Positions 13,451 to 34,152 of a stretch of 124,000 nt of DNA are shown piece after piece; within the stretch, counting starts at the first letter, position 1, and every line of letters starts with the position of its first letter. The DNA is from Octopus vulgaris. Its lineage: Eukaryota. The translations under genes and the position numbers were made by a program. The DNA lies in assembly GCA_951406725.2 (NCBI GenBank), contig OX597815.1, positions 35,484,001 through 35,608,000 on the forward strand, in the 5' to 3' direction. The notes below the pieces were generated by a model. The model made no database searches, was not told the origin of the DNA, and saw only the letters and a list, made by a program, of their open reading frames with translations.

Positions 13451-14212
13451 ACCAACAGCTGCCGACACTACAAGGCACAATTGAGACCTACATTGAGTTC
13501 TGCGTTTACATCTGGGGTGGTGCTACTGGCACGCACACTGACTTTCTGGATTGTTATTGGAGAAGAGCCATTCGGCTGATTGACATTCCATCACCAACGG
13601 GCACACTCCAGTTTCTGGTTAACAGAAATGATGTTTCCACTCCCTCCCCCTCTCTCTCCCTTACTCTTTCTCTTCTTTTCCTCTCTCTCTCTCTCTCTCT
13701 CACTCTCCCTATTTCTTTCTCTTTCTCTCTCCCTTATACTCTTTCTCTTCTTTTTTCCTCTCTCTCCCTTTTTTCACTCGCTATTATAATGGGGTTTGCT
13801 CCTCGAATTTGGCATGTCTAGTAACACTCCTACTCAGACACACTCGACCAACTCTTCTCTCCACTTCCCGTCACCCTTGATTCATCCAACCACTTTTTCC
13901 CCTACCTAATCACTAACCCAATCCCTCGTCCTTCATACATTATCCCTAGGAACTTCCTCCCCATTCATATCTTTTCTACTGGTGTTGACCTGCAAGTGTT
14001 TAAACGGAACATTAACGACATCAAACTCATCAGTCTCAGGGACCTGCAAGGGGTCACAGGCCCTTTTCTTTGCTCCAGACTCAGCATGCAGAACAATGCC
14101 CCACTTTGATATATTGTTCATGCTTTATCATTCGCTCCTTTTGTCTTGTTTGTACTAATAATGCGTGTGTAAGAAAGAGAGAGAGAGAGCGTGTGTGTGT
14201 GTGTGCGCGCGC

Positions 14213-14277
<65 letters not shown>

Positions 14278-14689
14278 ACCCACCACTCGTCAGTCGTTGT
14301 TGGCTTGTTGACGTTCCCGTTGTACAGTGCGGTTCGGCAAAGAAACTGATAGAATAAGTACCAGGCTTTAAAAAAAATAAATGCTGGGGTTGATCTGCTC
14401 GACGAAAACCCTTCAGGGCAGAGCCCCACCCTCTCCTATATGGCTGCAGTCCAATAATGAAAGCAAGTAAAATTAGTTTCTTCTAATTAGGTTGATTAAT
14501 CTACAATTCGACGAGGTGGAAAATATGGCGATTTGAAGTTCATGACATTTCTAAGGATATTATTGGAGTAGATGAAATGAAATTGCTTGCAACCAAACAG
14601 TGGTCTTGACTCGGGACTAAGAAGCCTCTGCGTAGTCGCTCAACCTGCTAGAAATAGCAACCAAGTTTCTGGCATTCCGTCGGTTAATA

Positions 14690-14990
14690 CGACGAGGGTT
14701 CCAGTTGATCCGATCAATGGAACAGCTTGCTCAAGAAATTAACGTGCAGCTGAATGAGTACTCCACAGACATGCGTACCCTTAACGTAGTTCTCAGGGAA
14801 ATTCAGCGTGACAAAGAATGTGATAAGTCTGGCCCTTTGAAATACAGGTGCTAGTCATTTTTGGCAGATGAGCGACTGAAGCAACATGAAATAAAGTGCT
14901 TTGTTCAAGGACACAACAAGTCCTGGGAATTGAACTCACGATCGTAAGGTCGTGAGCCGAATACCCTAACCACTAAGCCACGCGCCTTCA
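14690..14990 (-). mobile_element. tRNA-derived SINE family B
   Basis: Reverse complement of ggcgcgtggcttagtggttaggg...cacgctgaat...aactacgttaagggta; similar to 28639 and 96201. Confidence 0.75.
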
Positions 14991-15789
14991 CTCCGAATTT
15001 CTAATGCCTTAGAAAAATAGGCTTATTTGATAATTTGGTGTTGAAAAATGAATCGAGAATGGAAGGCATTTCATATAGATCGTCTCGATATTGGTTAAAC
15101 AGCTGGAAGTAAATATCGAACTCGAAATTTTTGGTTTGCTTTTGACAACATAGGAAGGTTCTGAATTTTAAGAGTAAGATTATCCATTGTTGTGATGTTC
15201 ATGCATCAACAAAAGAGTTTAGTAACAAGGTAGATAATCCTCAGCATATAACTGATACCTTTGAATCTCTAATGGCATATGTGGTGAATAAATATAATTC
15301 ATCATTCAGGATGATACGAACTCGGTACCTCATGTGGCCTGCTCTAAAACACCGAAGTTAAACGTCTCTAAAAATTTACTCCGATATCTACCATTCTCAC
15401 CAAACTCCCAATCTACAGAAAACACTTCTCAGAAAACATTCATACATTCATATGGATATACAAGAAATATGGGAAAGCATTGTATGTTAATATGTCAAAG
15501 ATTTAAAGGAAGATTGTGAATGTTATGTCGAGGAAACTTACTCAATATATTGGACTACTTCCAAATAAGATGAAGAATTTATTTCTATTTTCATTTGTTT
15601 ATTATTATCTTTTTTTTTTTTTTTAGATTTTTCACAGTTTCTCAGCATTATATTTTATTTGATTTGATGTTGCACTATAAATGAACTTGCAGTTATTTTA
15701 GTTAGGGACTTTTTTTTATCTTTTATTGGAAATATTCAACGCTTCTGAATATATCAATATATGTGTTAGTTTCTGTAAACATATAAATA

Positions 15790-18790
<3,001 letters not shown>

Positions 18791-19154
18791 GAATGAACCT
18801 GTGCTATGCATGTATATTCAATAAATCACGAATTTATCTGGTATGGTTCTAAATATACCAATATTCGTATTTATTGTCTATATTTATGCTAGTAGCCGCT
18901 CAAAGTTATTTTTTTAAACTCATTTTCTTTTGATATTACAGACACACACACTCGTATAATTCTTATATATAGGCATGTATGTATATATAAGAATTTGATA
19001 AACTCTCGAGAGAACGGGAAATAATACTTTTTGGGAATAGTATTTCTCGAAGTGCACACGTAAAGCTATAAACAACAGAATGTAAATATTGGGTCGAAGA
19101 TCCCTTTGGGAGAGAAAAATTCGAAGGCATTTTCGACCAGAATACCAGTACGCT

Positions 19155-19385
19155 TGGTGGTTAGGGTGTCAGCATCATGATCGTAAGATTGTGGTTTCGA
19201 TTCCTGGACCGGGCGACGCGTTGTGTTCTTGAGCAAAACACTTCATTTCACGTTGCTCCAGTCCACTCAGCTGGCAAAAATGAGTAACGCTGCGATGGAC
19301 TGGCGTCCTGTCCAGCTGGGGAACACATCCGCCATTGAAACCGGGAAACCAGGCCCATGTGCCTGGCTAGGCTTGAAAAGGGCGC
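19155..19385 (+). mobile_element. tRNA-derived SINE (CORE-like, gggaaacc tail subfamily)
   Basis: tggtggttaggg A-box-like, gtttcgattcc B-box-like, gtgttcttgagcaaaacactt core; relatives at 57810-58020 (-) and 115258-115545 (+). Confidence 0.7.
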
Positions 19386-19564
19386 ATTTATTTTATTATA
19401 TATATATATATATGAAGAATCTACTAGAGTAGATGCAAGCGCTAATATATGATTTATAAAAACATGTGACGTATTAATAAAAATCTGTAAATGTACAACC
19501 ATCCAGATTTCCGAGTACCTAATTTTTTCTAATATATAATACCTGTACATCACCTCCAAACCTA

Positions 19565-19678
<114 letters not shown>

Positions 19679-19779
19679 TCAGTAATAATATAGGGTGAAA
19701 TTAATTAATTTGGAATAGTCATCAATTACACCAAGTAGATTTCGGCATGTAAAAGCCTCATTCGAGGAAAGTTTAAGTA

Positions 19780-20188
19780 ATACTAAGTAATTAAGGGTTT
19801 AGCAACGAGTTGCCTCACCACACACCGAATTTAGCTCGCTCTGATACTGAGTTGAGATGATGCCTTCTAGTATCTCGAAATTTAATATACAATTATTCAT
19901 AATTGTAGCGTCCTACGCTGATGAGAAAAGAAGTTGGGTAAGACATAATTATCTAATTCTTATGCTTTCCTAAAACTTAATTTCGAAACGTACGTCCGTA
20001 GGTGACTTAAAATTGTATGATAGATTGCCGTCATTTCATTCTCTCTTACCTGTCTGTGTTTGCCTTTCAAGTGCTGTGTTTTTACTGAGATCTCCCTTTT
20101 AGTAGAAAGAATAGCTATAACTCTTTGACTGCTATTTCTAAATTCGGTGTGTGGTGAGGCAACTCGTTGCTAAACCCTTAATTACTTA

Positions 20189-20192
<4 letters not shown>
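19780..20192. mobile_element. Penelope-like pseudo-LTR fragment with 55-bp inverted repeats
   Basis: Arms 19780-19834 and 20138-20192 are perfect reverse complements; encloses a hammerhead motif; lies between (TA)n tracts. Confidence 0.7.
19912..20002 (+). ncRNA. minimal type I hammerhead ribozyme
   Basis: Stem I cctacg/cgtagg; core CUGAUGA at 19918-19924; stem II closed by gaaa/tttc; GAAA at 19985-19988; palindromic helix III CGUACG; GUC cleavage triplet at 19994-19996. Confidence 0.8.
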
Positions 20193-20255
<63 letters not shown>

Positions 20256-20399
20256 CATATATATATACATACATACATACATACATATATACATACATAC
20301 ATACATACATATATACGCACGCACACACACGCACGCGCACACACACACACACACACACAATCGTCACTAAATGACTGAGGGTGCAAGTCAGCACCAGCA

Positions 20400-23480
<3,081 letters not shown>

Positions 23481-23595
23481 TGTTCTATAGAATGGCAAAA
23501 ATGTGGTCTACCCCATCTTTACCTATTGGTTTGGTTTAGTAAACCTATAACTGCGGTCACATTGATACCCGTACCATTTTACTGACAATTTGGCT

Positions 23596-23726
<131 letters not shown>

Positions 23727-24126
23727 TGTTTGTATGTGGGTATGCAACGATGAATTGATGTCAATGCGTTACAGCTGTTTCAAAAGAATTTTTTAATTGA
23801 TTAATGAATACATTGTATCATTATAAAAAAAAACTGTTTTCTTCAGATGAAAACATGAACTATACAATTAAGGACGTTTAAAAAATTTTTTAAACTCCAC
23901 GGCTTGTGCATATTTTGTGATTCCACAACGCTGGTCGCAGAATGAGTTTATAACCTGAATATCTTTCTGCTTTTACTTCGGTACCAATCTTTGTATTCGT
24001 CTATAGTTGCTGGGTATGCATTTTAATTTTGACTCAACCCGATGCCTTACCATTTAAATGCCTTATTCACCTGAATTTTAATATAGATAGATAGCTAGAA
24101 AGATATATATATATATATATATATAT

Positions 24127-24199
<73 letters not shown>

Positions 24200-25677
24200 C
24201 AGATAGACGGACAGACAGACAGACAGACACATACATACATACATACATACATACATACATACATACATACATACATACATACATACATGTGCGTGTGTAT
24301 TATGTATGTATATGTATCGAAAATTCATTCCACAGCATGATTATGTTTTTAAACATATTAATACTGCATGAAACTTTGAGTTCTAAGAGTACTTTTCGGT
24401 GTTTCTTTAAGTCACCTTTACACACGTATTTTACATTGTATGTGACAGCAACGACTGGACTATTTCAAAAACTATCATGATAATGGTATATTAAACACAT
24501 ACAATAGACGCATGCTGGTAATCCATATTAGATGAGTCACAAATCGTGACTTAACCTACCGGTAAAGTCACAACTAAACGATGTCTCGAGCTTTTTTACT
24601 GTATCTTGAGTAAGGGAGCCGTCTTGATTTTGTTCAGAGATTCAGCTGTAAATACAGTGAGAACTAACTCCGCTTTATCACCCCTGCTTCTATTGCATCG
24701 TTTCTCAGTTTTATACAAAAACTTTATTGCGATCAAATAATCCAGGTGACGCTGAGAATGAAGAACATAAAAACAGCTGGTTAGTCTTGCTGAGTTTCGT
24801 GATTAAAATCTGCCTACAGTTCCGAAACTGCAGTATGAATTGACTACAGTTATTGCTTCTTCACCGTTTCCTGTCCATATCACGCATGCTGACATCGTGT
24901 TAAACAATACAAGCTGTAAACAATTGCCACAATTATAAACTACCACTGCCATGGTTAACCGTGCTACACTTGATGGCTACATGACAAAATGTTAATATCT
25001 TTCAACAACGACAACGCAAGAACTTTATATTTTAAGGAGACATGAAATGGAGAATGATTTCCTTGATGGCAAAAGTGACACAAAAGAAATGATGTGAAGA
25101 AAAAAGAAATTAACAAGAACAGTTTCTATCATAAGCGCAAGGAAGCCATTAAGTCAAACCCAGTATTTGACTGATGGAATTCATTTTGTCGACAAAGGAG
25201 GGGGAAATGGCAGATCCTATCAGGCGAAATTTGAACTGAGAATGTAAAAACGTTTAAGAAAATATCGAAAAGCAATCTGTCAGCCTCCCTACCGTTTCTA
25301 CCAAATATGAAATTTTAAAAATGACATCAATTATGAGAAAAGTAATTTAAGTATCTTTACAAATGATTTCTAACAAAGGCATAAAAGTCACAAAATTGGT
25401 GTGAGTGGGGGATGTAGTCGATCAAATGGCGGTTTCAAATTTGAGGTACATGGTTTCAAATTTGGTTGGAGGTTATGATGGTTTAAATCGATTCCAGAAC
25501 TTGACTGTGGCTTTATTTTATCGAACTTTGCAGGATAAAAGTCAAAATTAATGAAAATAATAATAGTAATAAATAATGTATATATAAATATATTTAAGTA
25601 CAAAACCAGTGAATTTTAATGGGATGTATAAGTTGATTTTAGGCTTTGTGCTTATAATAAAAGGTATTATTATTATT

Positions 25678-26960
25678 GAGTGAGGGGCATTGTATACCAT
25701 CAAAGTGATACTGGGGTAAAATATCTGAATCCCAGTATAGCCATCATGACTACCCGTCTAATCGGGGTACACCAGGCACACGAATCACAACTATATGACC
25801 TTGCAGGTGAGACCCAGTTAGAATTTTCTTCGGGTCGAATAGCCCATCCCGCTTAAAAGGTCCCTGCATAAGGGTTGTTTAACTATGTTTAACGATATAC
25901 CCACTACTACAGGTGCTGTTGTTGCTGCAGGCATTCTAGCTTCTATTATTCTGTCAGTCTGAATGTTAAGATCCCACATCTTATAGTTCTTACTTTCTAG
26001 CGCTTTACTAGAATCACTTTCATACCACTTATCAGTATGATCACATCCTAGCTTTCTAAATAACTCCCAGTGGACGATTCTCCCTAGGTTTCATGTCCTT
26101 TTTGTAGTTCTTCTGTACCAGCATACTACATTCACTAGCTATACGAGTGACACCTTCCTCCTTTAAGTTACATAACCTACACTGGAAATCTACCTAATTA
26201 TTAATCTCCCTCGGTTTTTATCTAGTTAGTCCTCAATACCTGATCTTGTGCTGCTACTAACAAACTTTCTGTTTCTCTTTTCAACCTTCCTTTCTGCAAC
26301 CACAATCATTACTATTTTCTGCAAATATCTTTGCAAATCTACAATGCAAAGCCTTCTCTAACCAGTCAGATGATCTTGCTTCCTTTTTCCGGTTTCTAAC
26401 TGCATTTGACTTTTTGGTTTCCCTATCTCCTACTTTTACACTAGCAGCTCTTGATAAGATTTCCTCACTCTTACCTGCATAGGAGGCTATATCTACTGAT
26501 ATTTAACTTCTTCCACCTTCTTTTCTAGATAAATGTAACCTTGCTACTCCTACTCTAGGGTGAACTCCTTCATTCATACTGAATTCTTTCCTAGTTTTTC
26601 TGCCTATATCTGCTAATTTAAGTTTTGCCCAATTTACAAAACCTGCTGACTAAGTAACGATACTGCCCAAATATTTACAGCCTTCACTAGATTCGGACCA
26701 TTTAACTTCGACTTCATTAATTTCGTCATCCTTCTAATTTACTCCTCAACTATCTCTTTCATTTCTATAGTTAGTACTCTGTCAGATTCTAAAACTCCGA
26801 GATACTTCTAACTTTCACCTTCTTTAAACGATTTTAATGTCTGGTCATCTGGTAACTGAAGGCCTTCACTGCTGACTACCTGTTCTTTTTTATGACTAAT
26901 ATCACGTTCTTATCTATGCCAAATTCCAGGGCTACCTTGTCGTGACTGTGCTTTTACTCT
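25678..26960 (-). mobile_element. R4/Dong-like LINE ORF fragment fused to part of the (TAA)n-associated non-coding element
   Basis: Minus-strand peptides GRLKRETESLLVAAQDQVLRT, RIVHWE and WDLNIQTDRIIEAR; the 25678-25900 part matches 3133-3400. Confidence 0.7.
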
Positions 26961-27686
26961 TTCTGCACAAAACTGCCACAAGCGCTAACGATGTGAGACC
27001 TTCTTCCTACACATTCTGAAGAGGTTCGTTTCACTTATGTGGTATCCCTTTTCACTGACTTGGTATTCAATGCCTGGCCCTGGGCAGCGATGTTCAAGCT
27101 TTCAGTGCTCTTTTTAAGGTCACCTTTGCTGAGCCACATTGTTGTTAGTTTAAGTTGTTAGTTTAGCGATGAAAGATAAAACTGACCATGTAGTTCCATT
27201 CGGAGTAGTGCTTCTTCTCTCTCGTTGGCTATTCGTGAACGGAATTCATTTGCACTCTCAACTTCATTGTTGGTAAAACCTTCTGCATTAACAGCAGGTT
27301 CTGAGTTCAAATTCTGCCGAGGCTGATGTTGCCAGACATCTTTTCGGGGTCGATAAAAATAAGTAGCAGTTGAACACTGGGATCGATGCAGTCGACTTAC
27401 CCCCTCTCCTTCAAGAATTGCTGGACCTATGTACCAAAATTTGAAACCACTATTATTATTAGTCGCTGCTGACCGAAGCATGTGTTAATTACAAGTTGCT
27501 CTCTCGGAAACAAAGGGTTTTAACTAATAAAGAGTTTTGTTTTGATTTCTTCTGTCTTTTTTTTTCTACCAAAACTAATCGCATAGAGATAACTTCCTAA
27601 AAATTGGAATCTCCACCTACTAGAGTTGGGAAAAGAAAAACTAAGATTTGTGCTTCAATTTTTGAACCAAGTTTTTCTATAATATT

Positions 27687-27803
<117 letters not shown>

Positions 27804-28638
27804 GGCTACGAATGTTCTGAGTGACGCCCCCAAAAAGAAAACTGATAATTAACAAAATAACACATTTCATTAAACAGAATACAGACAGGAAAAGATTAGT
27901 ATGTTGATCGCACAGCAAAATATTAATGGTGATCATGATCAAAAACAAAACACTATTTTAACATCCAGTTTGAATATCTCTGCTGAAAATGCCGACAAAA
28001 ACAACAACAGCTCTGTCACATACACACTGTCTTTGTCAAACGAAAGCATTTCGACGTTATCGCCTAGTAACAGCATCTTCGCTAGTATTTTAAATAATAC
28101 AGAATTCCTGGACATGAAACTTTTTTTTGTAGAAAAAAGTCAATTTGGAAAAGACACGTTTCTCAAAACAGCATCTCACTCGTCGAGTAAGCAAAGAAAA
28201 ATGTAGTCTACTTCTATTTCTTAAAAGATGGAGAATATTTTCAAATACTCTCAAAAGTACAGTTGGTTTAATCAACAGTTCTCTGTCCCTAATTTGTGAC
28301 ATTGTCCCTAAATTAGAAATAATTATATACTAGTGGGAGCCTGGGAAATTCCACAGAATGAAACAGATTAAGAGAAGATACTTAAGAGAGAAAGGATGAT
28401 TTGCATTTTCATTTTTATTTGGCTAAGTTATTTCACTTCTAGTCATAATAATGATATATTAGAGGATTTTAAGATTCCTCTCTTCTAGGCACTTTAACAT
28501 TTCTCTCTTTCTCTTCACCTCTCACTTCCACTAACTCTCTCTCACTCTCTATCTCTCTCTTAATGTAACTGCCTCCCTTGCCCATCTCCCTTTATCTGCC
28601 TTTTTTTAACCTCACCACCAGAACATTACTCTCTGATA

Positions 28639-28962
28639 GTGAAGGCGCGTGGCTTAGTGGTTAGGGCATTCGGCTCATGATCGTAAGGTTGTGAGTTCGA
28701 TTCCCGGCGACGCGTTGTGTCCTTGAGCAAGACACTTCATTTCACGCTGCTCTAATCTACTCAGCTAGCAAAAATGAGTTGTACCTGTAATTCAAGGGGC
28801 CAGCCTTGTCACACTCTGTGTCACGCTGAATCGCCTTGCGAACTACGTTAAGGGTACACGTGTCTGTAGAATGCTCAGCCATTTGCACGTTAATTTCACG
28901 AGCAAGCTGTTCCGTTGATCGTATCAGCTGGGACTCTCGTCGTCGTAACCGACGGAGTGCTC
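28639..28962 (+). mobile_element. tRNA-derived SINE family B
   Basis: ggcgcgtggcttagtggttaggg head, gagttcgattccc B box, tail gtcgtaaccgacggagtgc. Confidence 0.85.
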
Positions 28963-29479
28963 CTTTCCTCTCTGATAAGTATTGTATCCCCAACATATCT
29001 CTTTTCCTTTGCCTTTCCTTAAAGTATGACAGCAGAGCAATGATAAAACCAAACAATACTAAATGCGGCGGAGACATGTCTATATCGTAAGACGCATGCT
29101 TCCCAACCACAGGGTTCCCAGTTTAGTCCCACTACATTGGACCTTGAGCAAGTTTCTTCTATAACCCCGGGCAGACCAAAGCCTTGAGCAGATTTGTCGA
29201 CAGAAACTGAAAGTCTGTCATATGTGTGTGGAGTGGGGTGTTATATAGATATAGATGTATATGATGATGGACTCTCCTGACGTGTTCGACGTATGAGGCT
29301 CCGACAACGTACTCTTTCTTTGCCATTCATAATGCCTATATCGAATGTGACATTTAAGTCACGTCAACGATTTGCAAAAAAGGCCACAGATGTTACAAGT
29401 ATGAGGATTACAGGTCAGTGCAGATGATATATTTGCAGCCGCTTTTTTCCTTTGCCTTGCACCCCGAAGCCTGTTAATG

Positions 29480-32200
29480 CTGGTTGCAACAAAGTTTTTA
29501 ATACAATTTTAATTTTGACACAACGATCTCCATTTTGTTCGTCCCGAGGCTGTTCACTCAAAGGTGTTGTGAGCTATCTTCATCTCTAAGACGTTACTCT
29601 TCAGCTTGTCCTTATATCTGATCCATGGTCGACCAATATTCCTGTGCTCACTCTCAGGCAGGCTGTACATGAGGACTTTGGATATTCTTTCGTTACTCAT
29701 TCTAACGATATGGCCAACCCAGCGCAATTGGAAGCTCTCAATTCCACCAATCTTACACTTGCTAAACAAGTCGGCATTAGAAACTTTGTCTTTAGGGAAT
29801 AACCGCAGATTGTCCTCAAACAGTCTTTGTAGAAGATGTCCAGTTGGTTAATGTGTCATCTAAAGGGTATCCACGATTCTGAGCCATACAAGAGAGTAGT
29901 AAGGATGGCTACTTTATAGACCTGTACTTTGGTGTCAAGAAGTTTCATGCTCCTTTCATTCCCTAGGCGATGACAGAGTTTGCCAAGTGCGCTGGGTGCC
30001 TTTGCAAGACGGTTGGCGATTTCATCATCAATGGAAGCACTCAAATTCACTTTACTACCAAGATATGTAAACGGCTTCACATAATTTAGGCTTTTTTCCA
30101 TCAACCTGTATAGGAGTGTCAGGGAAATTGTGAACCGGTGGCTTCAACTTGACACCTCGAATTTGTTTAGGAATAGGGCAAGGCTGGTGTCTTCCGTCTT
30201 CTTTATGCTGATGGTCAGACCAAAGGCTAATGTGTCATTTTCTGTTAAGGAGTAACTTAGCGATTCGATAAACACGAAATGACAAAATAAGTGCCTATTT
30301 GAAATAAGAATAAGGGGTGATATTCTTTTCTACTCTAGGCACAAGGCTCGAAATTTTGGAAGAGTAGCTAGTCGATTAGATCGCCCCCAGTATGCAGCTA
30401 GTACTTAATTTATCGACCCTGAAAGGATGAGAAGCAAAGTCGACCTCGGCAGAAAACCGGTCTAGAAATTCCTGGGCTTCCTCTAAGGATGTCGCTACTA
30501 GTGCAGCAGCATCTGCAAAATGTAGATAACGAATGATACTGATGTGTAGCAGTGGTCTGGCTTTGAAACGCTGATGATTGAATAGTCCACTACTTGTTCG
30601 AAGCTGGAATTTGATACTACTTTGTACGTAGTCAAAAGTATACCTCAGCGTCACCGAAAAACAAAGAGTGCAAACAAAACAGAGGCCATAACACAATCTT
30701 GCTTTGTGCCGTTTTATAACGTCGAAGGAAGCCGAAGATTCCCCACCAGACACGACAGCAGCCTTCATTCCTTCATGAAAAGAGACGATAACATTCAACA
30801 TCTTGTCAGGTATACCAAGCTTTTCCAGAACTTTCCATAGTGCTTGCCAGTTAACAGTGTTGAAGGCCTTAGTAAGGTCAATGAATGCCATGAACAACTC
30901 TTGTACCTTCTCCATGACTTGTCGGAGGTAAAAGATCATGTCGATAGTGCCACGACCAGAGCGAAATCCGCACTGTGATTCTGGGTAGACATCATTTACA
31001 ACGTGTTTGATGATCCTGTTGAGAATGAGCCGAGCAAGAATCTTACCAGCAAAAGACAGAAGCGATATTCCACGGTGGTTATCACAGACACTTCTGTTTC
31101 CTTTGTTCTTTTAAAGATGTTGAATCGAAGCATCCTTGAAGTCCTGTGGTACACGGCCTACCATCCAAATCTTTATGAAGAGATCATGCAAATTCTCAAA
31201 AGCGTCTTTCCACCATGTTTGTAGATTTCAGAAGGAATAACATCCCTGCAAGGTGCTTTACCAGAAGAGATCTGTTTAATAAAGTTTACCACTTCCAGAA
31301 AGGTTGGCTCCAGAGACAGTTCCGGTATTTCAGTTTCCAGGAAGGTTGTCTCCAGAGACAGTTCCGGTTTTTTAGTGTGCTGTGGGACAGATATTATGAC
31401 GTCATCATTAGTGACTGAGGTGGAGTTCAACACGGCTTCCAAGTGATCTTTCCATCGTTTCAAGATGTGAGATTTGTCGGTCAGCAGTGTCTCTCTATTC
31501 GATGAAAAATTAGGAGTAACACTGTGCTCTTGAGGATCATTCACTTTCTTGAGGCCATCATAAAAGGCTTTAGAATCCTTTCTGTCTGCAGCTTCTTGGA
31601 GGTCAGTAGCCTTGAAAGACCACCAAGCCTCCTTCATCTGTCTAAGAGCATGTTACACCTGGCCTCTGCATTTCTTGCAGGTATTCTCTTTTCTGGATGA
31701 GCTCTTATCATTTATCCATGTTTTGTAAAAGTTGTGCATTTTATCTATCAACTGTTGGACATCTGTGTTGTTATTGTTGAACCAATATTGATGTTTACGA
31801 ACAGGAATTTCAAGAATCTCTACAGATGCAGTGTGCGTTGCATCACGCAAAACTTTCCAAGATGATTCTATGTCATCATTGATATCAACAATGTTGAGTG
31901 CAGTGTCCAACTTGATAGAGAGTTCAGCCTACTTTTCAACAGTTTCCAAAGGCAGAACATTAATGTGCTTAGGCACTGATGACTTTTGTAGTCTTGTGTG
32001 TTTCTGATGGAACGTAACCTTACTACGGAGAAGAGAATGGTCAGTGATATAGCAGGCGTTATGAAAAGAACGTGTAATGTTAAAGTTCCTAATATCTCGT
32101 TTCTTAGTGATAACATAGTCTATGAGATGCCAATCCTTAGATCTAGGATGCATCCAGGTCATCTTGCAATCATTTTGCTGTTGAAAAAAAGGTATTTGTG
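29480..32200 (-). mobile_element. decayed RTE (BovB-like) LINE, endonuclease-RT remnants, interrupted by a SINE fragment at about 30330-30460
   Basis: ORF-track peptides MTWMHPRSKDWHLIDYVIT, AFIDLTKAFNTVNWQALWKVL, HFADAAAL and FTYLGSKV. Confidence 0.85.
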
Positions 32201-32541
32201 GTGCTTAGACTGAATTCTCTGCAGATGGAGAGCACACGCAGACCGCTGGAGTGATGATAACACGAATATGGTGCACATATGTGCCACGATACCAAGAACA
32301 ACACACCTCGGGCTTTTCTTCAGAGGTTTTCATCTCCTAGACGAGCCACTATAAACAAACTGAAGAGCCTAGTCTACCCTATGGGTCAGAGTTTGCTGAC
32401 AATATACAGCTTGTTAAGGAGACCCTCAGCAACAAAAGACCTGGTTTTATATCTGCGTATCCCTCTCCTAGATGGGATGCCTTCACCACTGTTAAGGAGG
32501 GCCATCTTCCCCCTAATATATAGAATTGAATACATCAGAAA

Positions 32542-32582
<41 letters not shown>

Positions 32583-32636
32583 GGCGGTGCCCCAGCATGG
32601 CCACAGCTCATTAGCTGAAACTGGAAAAATCAAAAT

Positions 32637-32735
<99 letters not shown>

Positions 32736-33758
32736 TGTGTTGTTTTTGTATGTATGTATACACACATACGTATGTGTGTGTGTTAGCGTTTGTGTTTGTG
32801 TACCACTATCACTGGAACGACAGATGTTCGTTTGTTTATGCTTAGTAACCTAGCGGTTCGGTCAAAGGGACCGATAGACTAAAACCCTTCAAGTGTTTCC
32901 CCAGCATGGCTACATTCCAGTAACTGAAACAAGTGAAAGAAGAAAAGGATGAAAGAATATATATTCCATCTTCCGTCTTTCATTTGCCGTGTGTGTGTGT
33001 GTGGTGGGGTGCGTGTGTCCATATATAAACGTATATTTACATATACGTGTCTGGATTGTCAATCAGTGGGCGCGAGACCCTACAGCCAGATCCGAGAACT
33101 ATAAATGGCCTGTTATCTCTCTATTCTCCATTTTTTCAATTTAAGGTGCTGCAAACAATTATGGTTTCTGATCACAGTGAGACTAAAACTTTAGCACCCA
33201 CTTATTGACAAACCAGACATGCCTTATCTTCTTGTCAAAAACTCCATTACTCGATTTGGATATATTTATGTAAACTAATTTTTATCTTCTTATCATTGTA
33301 AAACATTTTATTACTTAATCTCAATGTTTTTATGTAAACTATTTATTGACTCATCACAGAGGATATGCAAAGCCTCAAACTTATATATATATATATCATG
33401 TGATCGACCAGATTATCGGATTTTCACAATGCTAGCTTTCGAATGATACTAGCTTTCGAATGACTAGGCGAACAGGACAACATTCCCCACTGATCGGAAG
33501 ACTAATCCGCCACGGGGTTGCCCACTTACTGTTGAGTGGACCGGAGCAACGTGAAGTGAAGTGTTTTGTTCAAGAGCACAACACGATCACTAGATCGTAA
33601 GTGCAACATCTTGACCACTGGGCCACGCACCTGCACACACACAACACACACACACACATGGTTGCACCGATAACCAGCTGACGGAGAATCTGCCTGCGGT
33701 TAAACTAGTAGTAACATGGAATAGCCATTTTGATGTAGCGACTGACTTTATATATATA

Positions 33759-34152
33759 TACTAGCAGTATCTCTCGGCGTTGCTCGGGTTTGTTTCAACC
33801 CTTTAGAATTGGAATTTTTGAAAAGTAAAAATTTTGCATTATGTAGCTTGTTATTCTCTTTAAGTGAACATTTTTCTGGTTGAAATACACCGAAAAATGG
33901 CGACACATCAGAAAAAAATCGTTAAAAAATAGGGATTTTCATAGAAAAAAAGCACCTTTTTGATGTAAATAATTTTTGGTGTTAACATGGTCCAATTTGA
34001 AATTTTTCTTCTACGGAAGGAAGAGCAAGCCTTCTTCTATCATACTTGCAATTTTGGTCAACCTGTGCCGCAGGGTCTCGGAGGAGATAGTGTTAGTTGG
34101 AGGCTACCAAACCTGCCATACACAGACAACTTCAGCTTTATATAGAGAGAGA
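33759..34152 (+). mobile_element. non-autonomous Helentron/DINE-1-like (HINE) element
   Basis: Starts tactag followed by a cccggcgttgctcggg-type hairpin and ends ctttatatatag; second copy at 111301-111677, fragment at 76320-76410. Confidence 0.65.

Noticed and set aside
27901-28206. 101-aa S/N-rich ORF
   Set aside because: Low complexity, no splice signals or homology recognised
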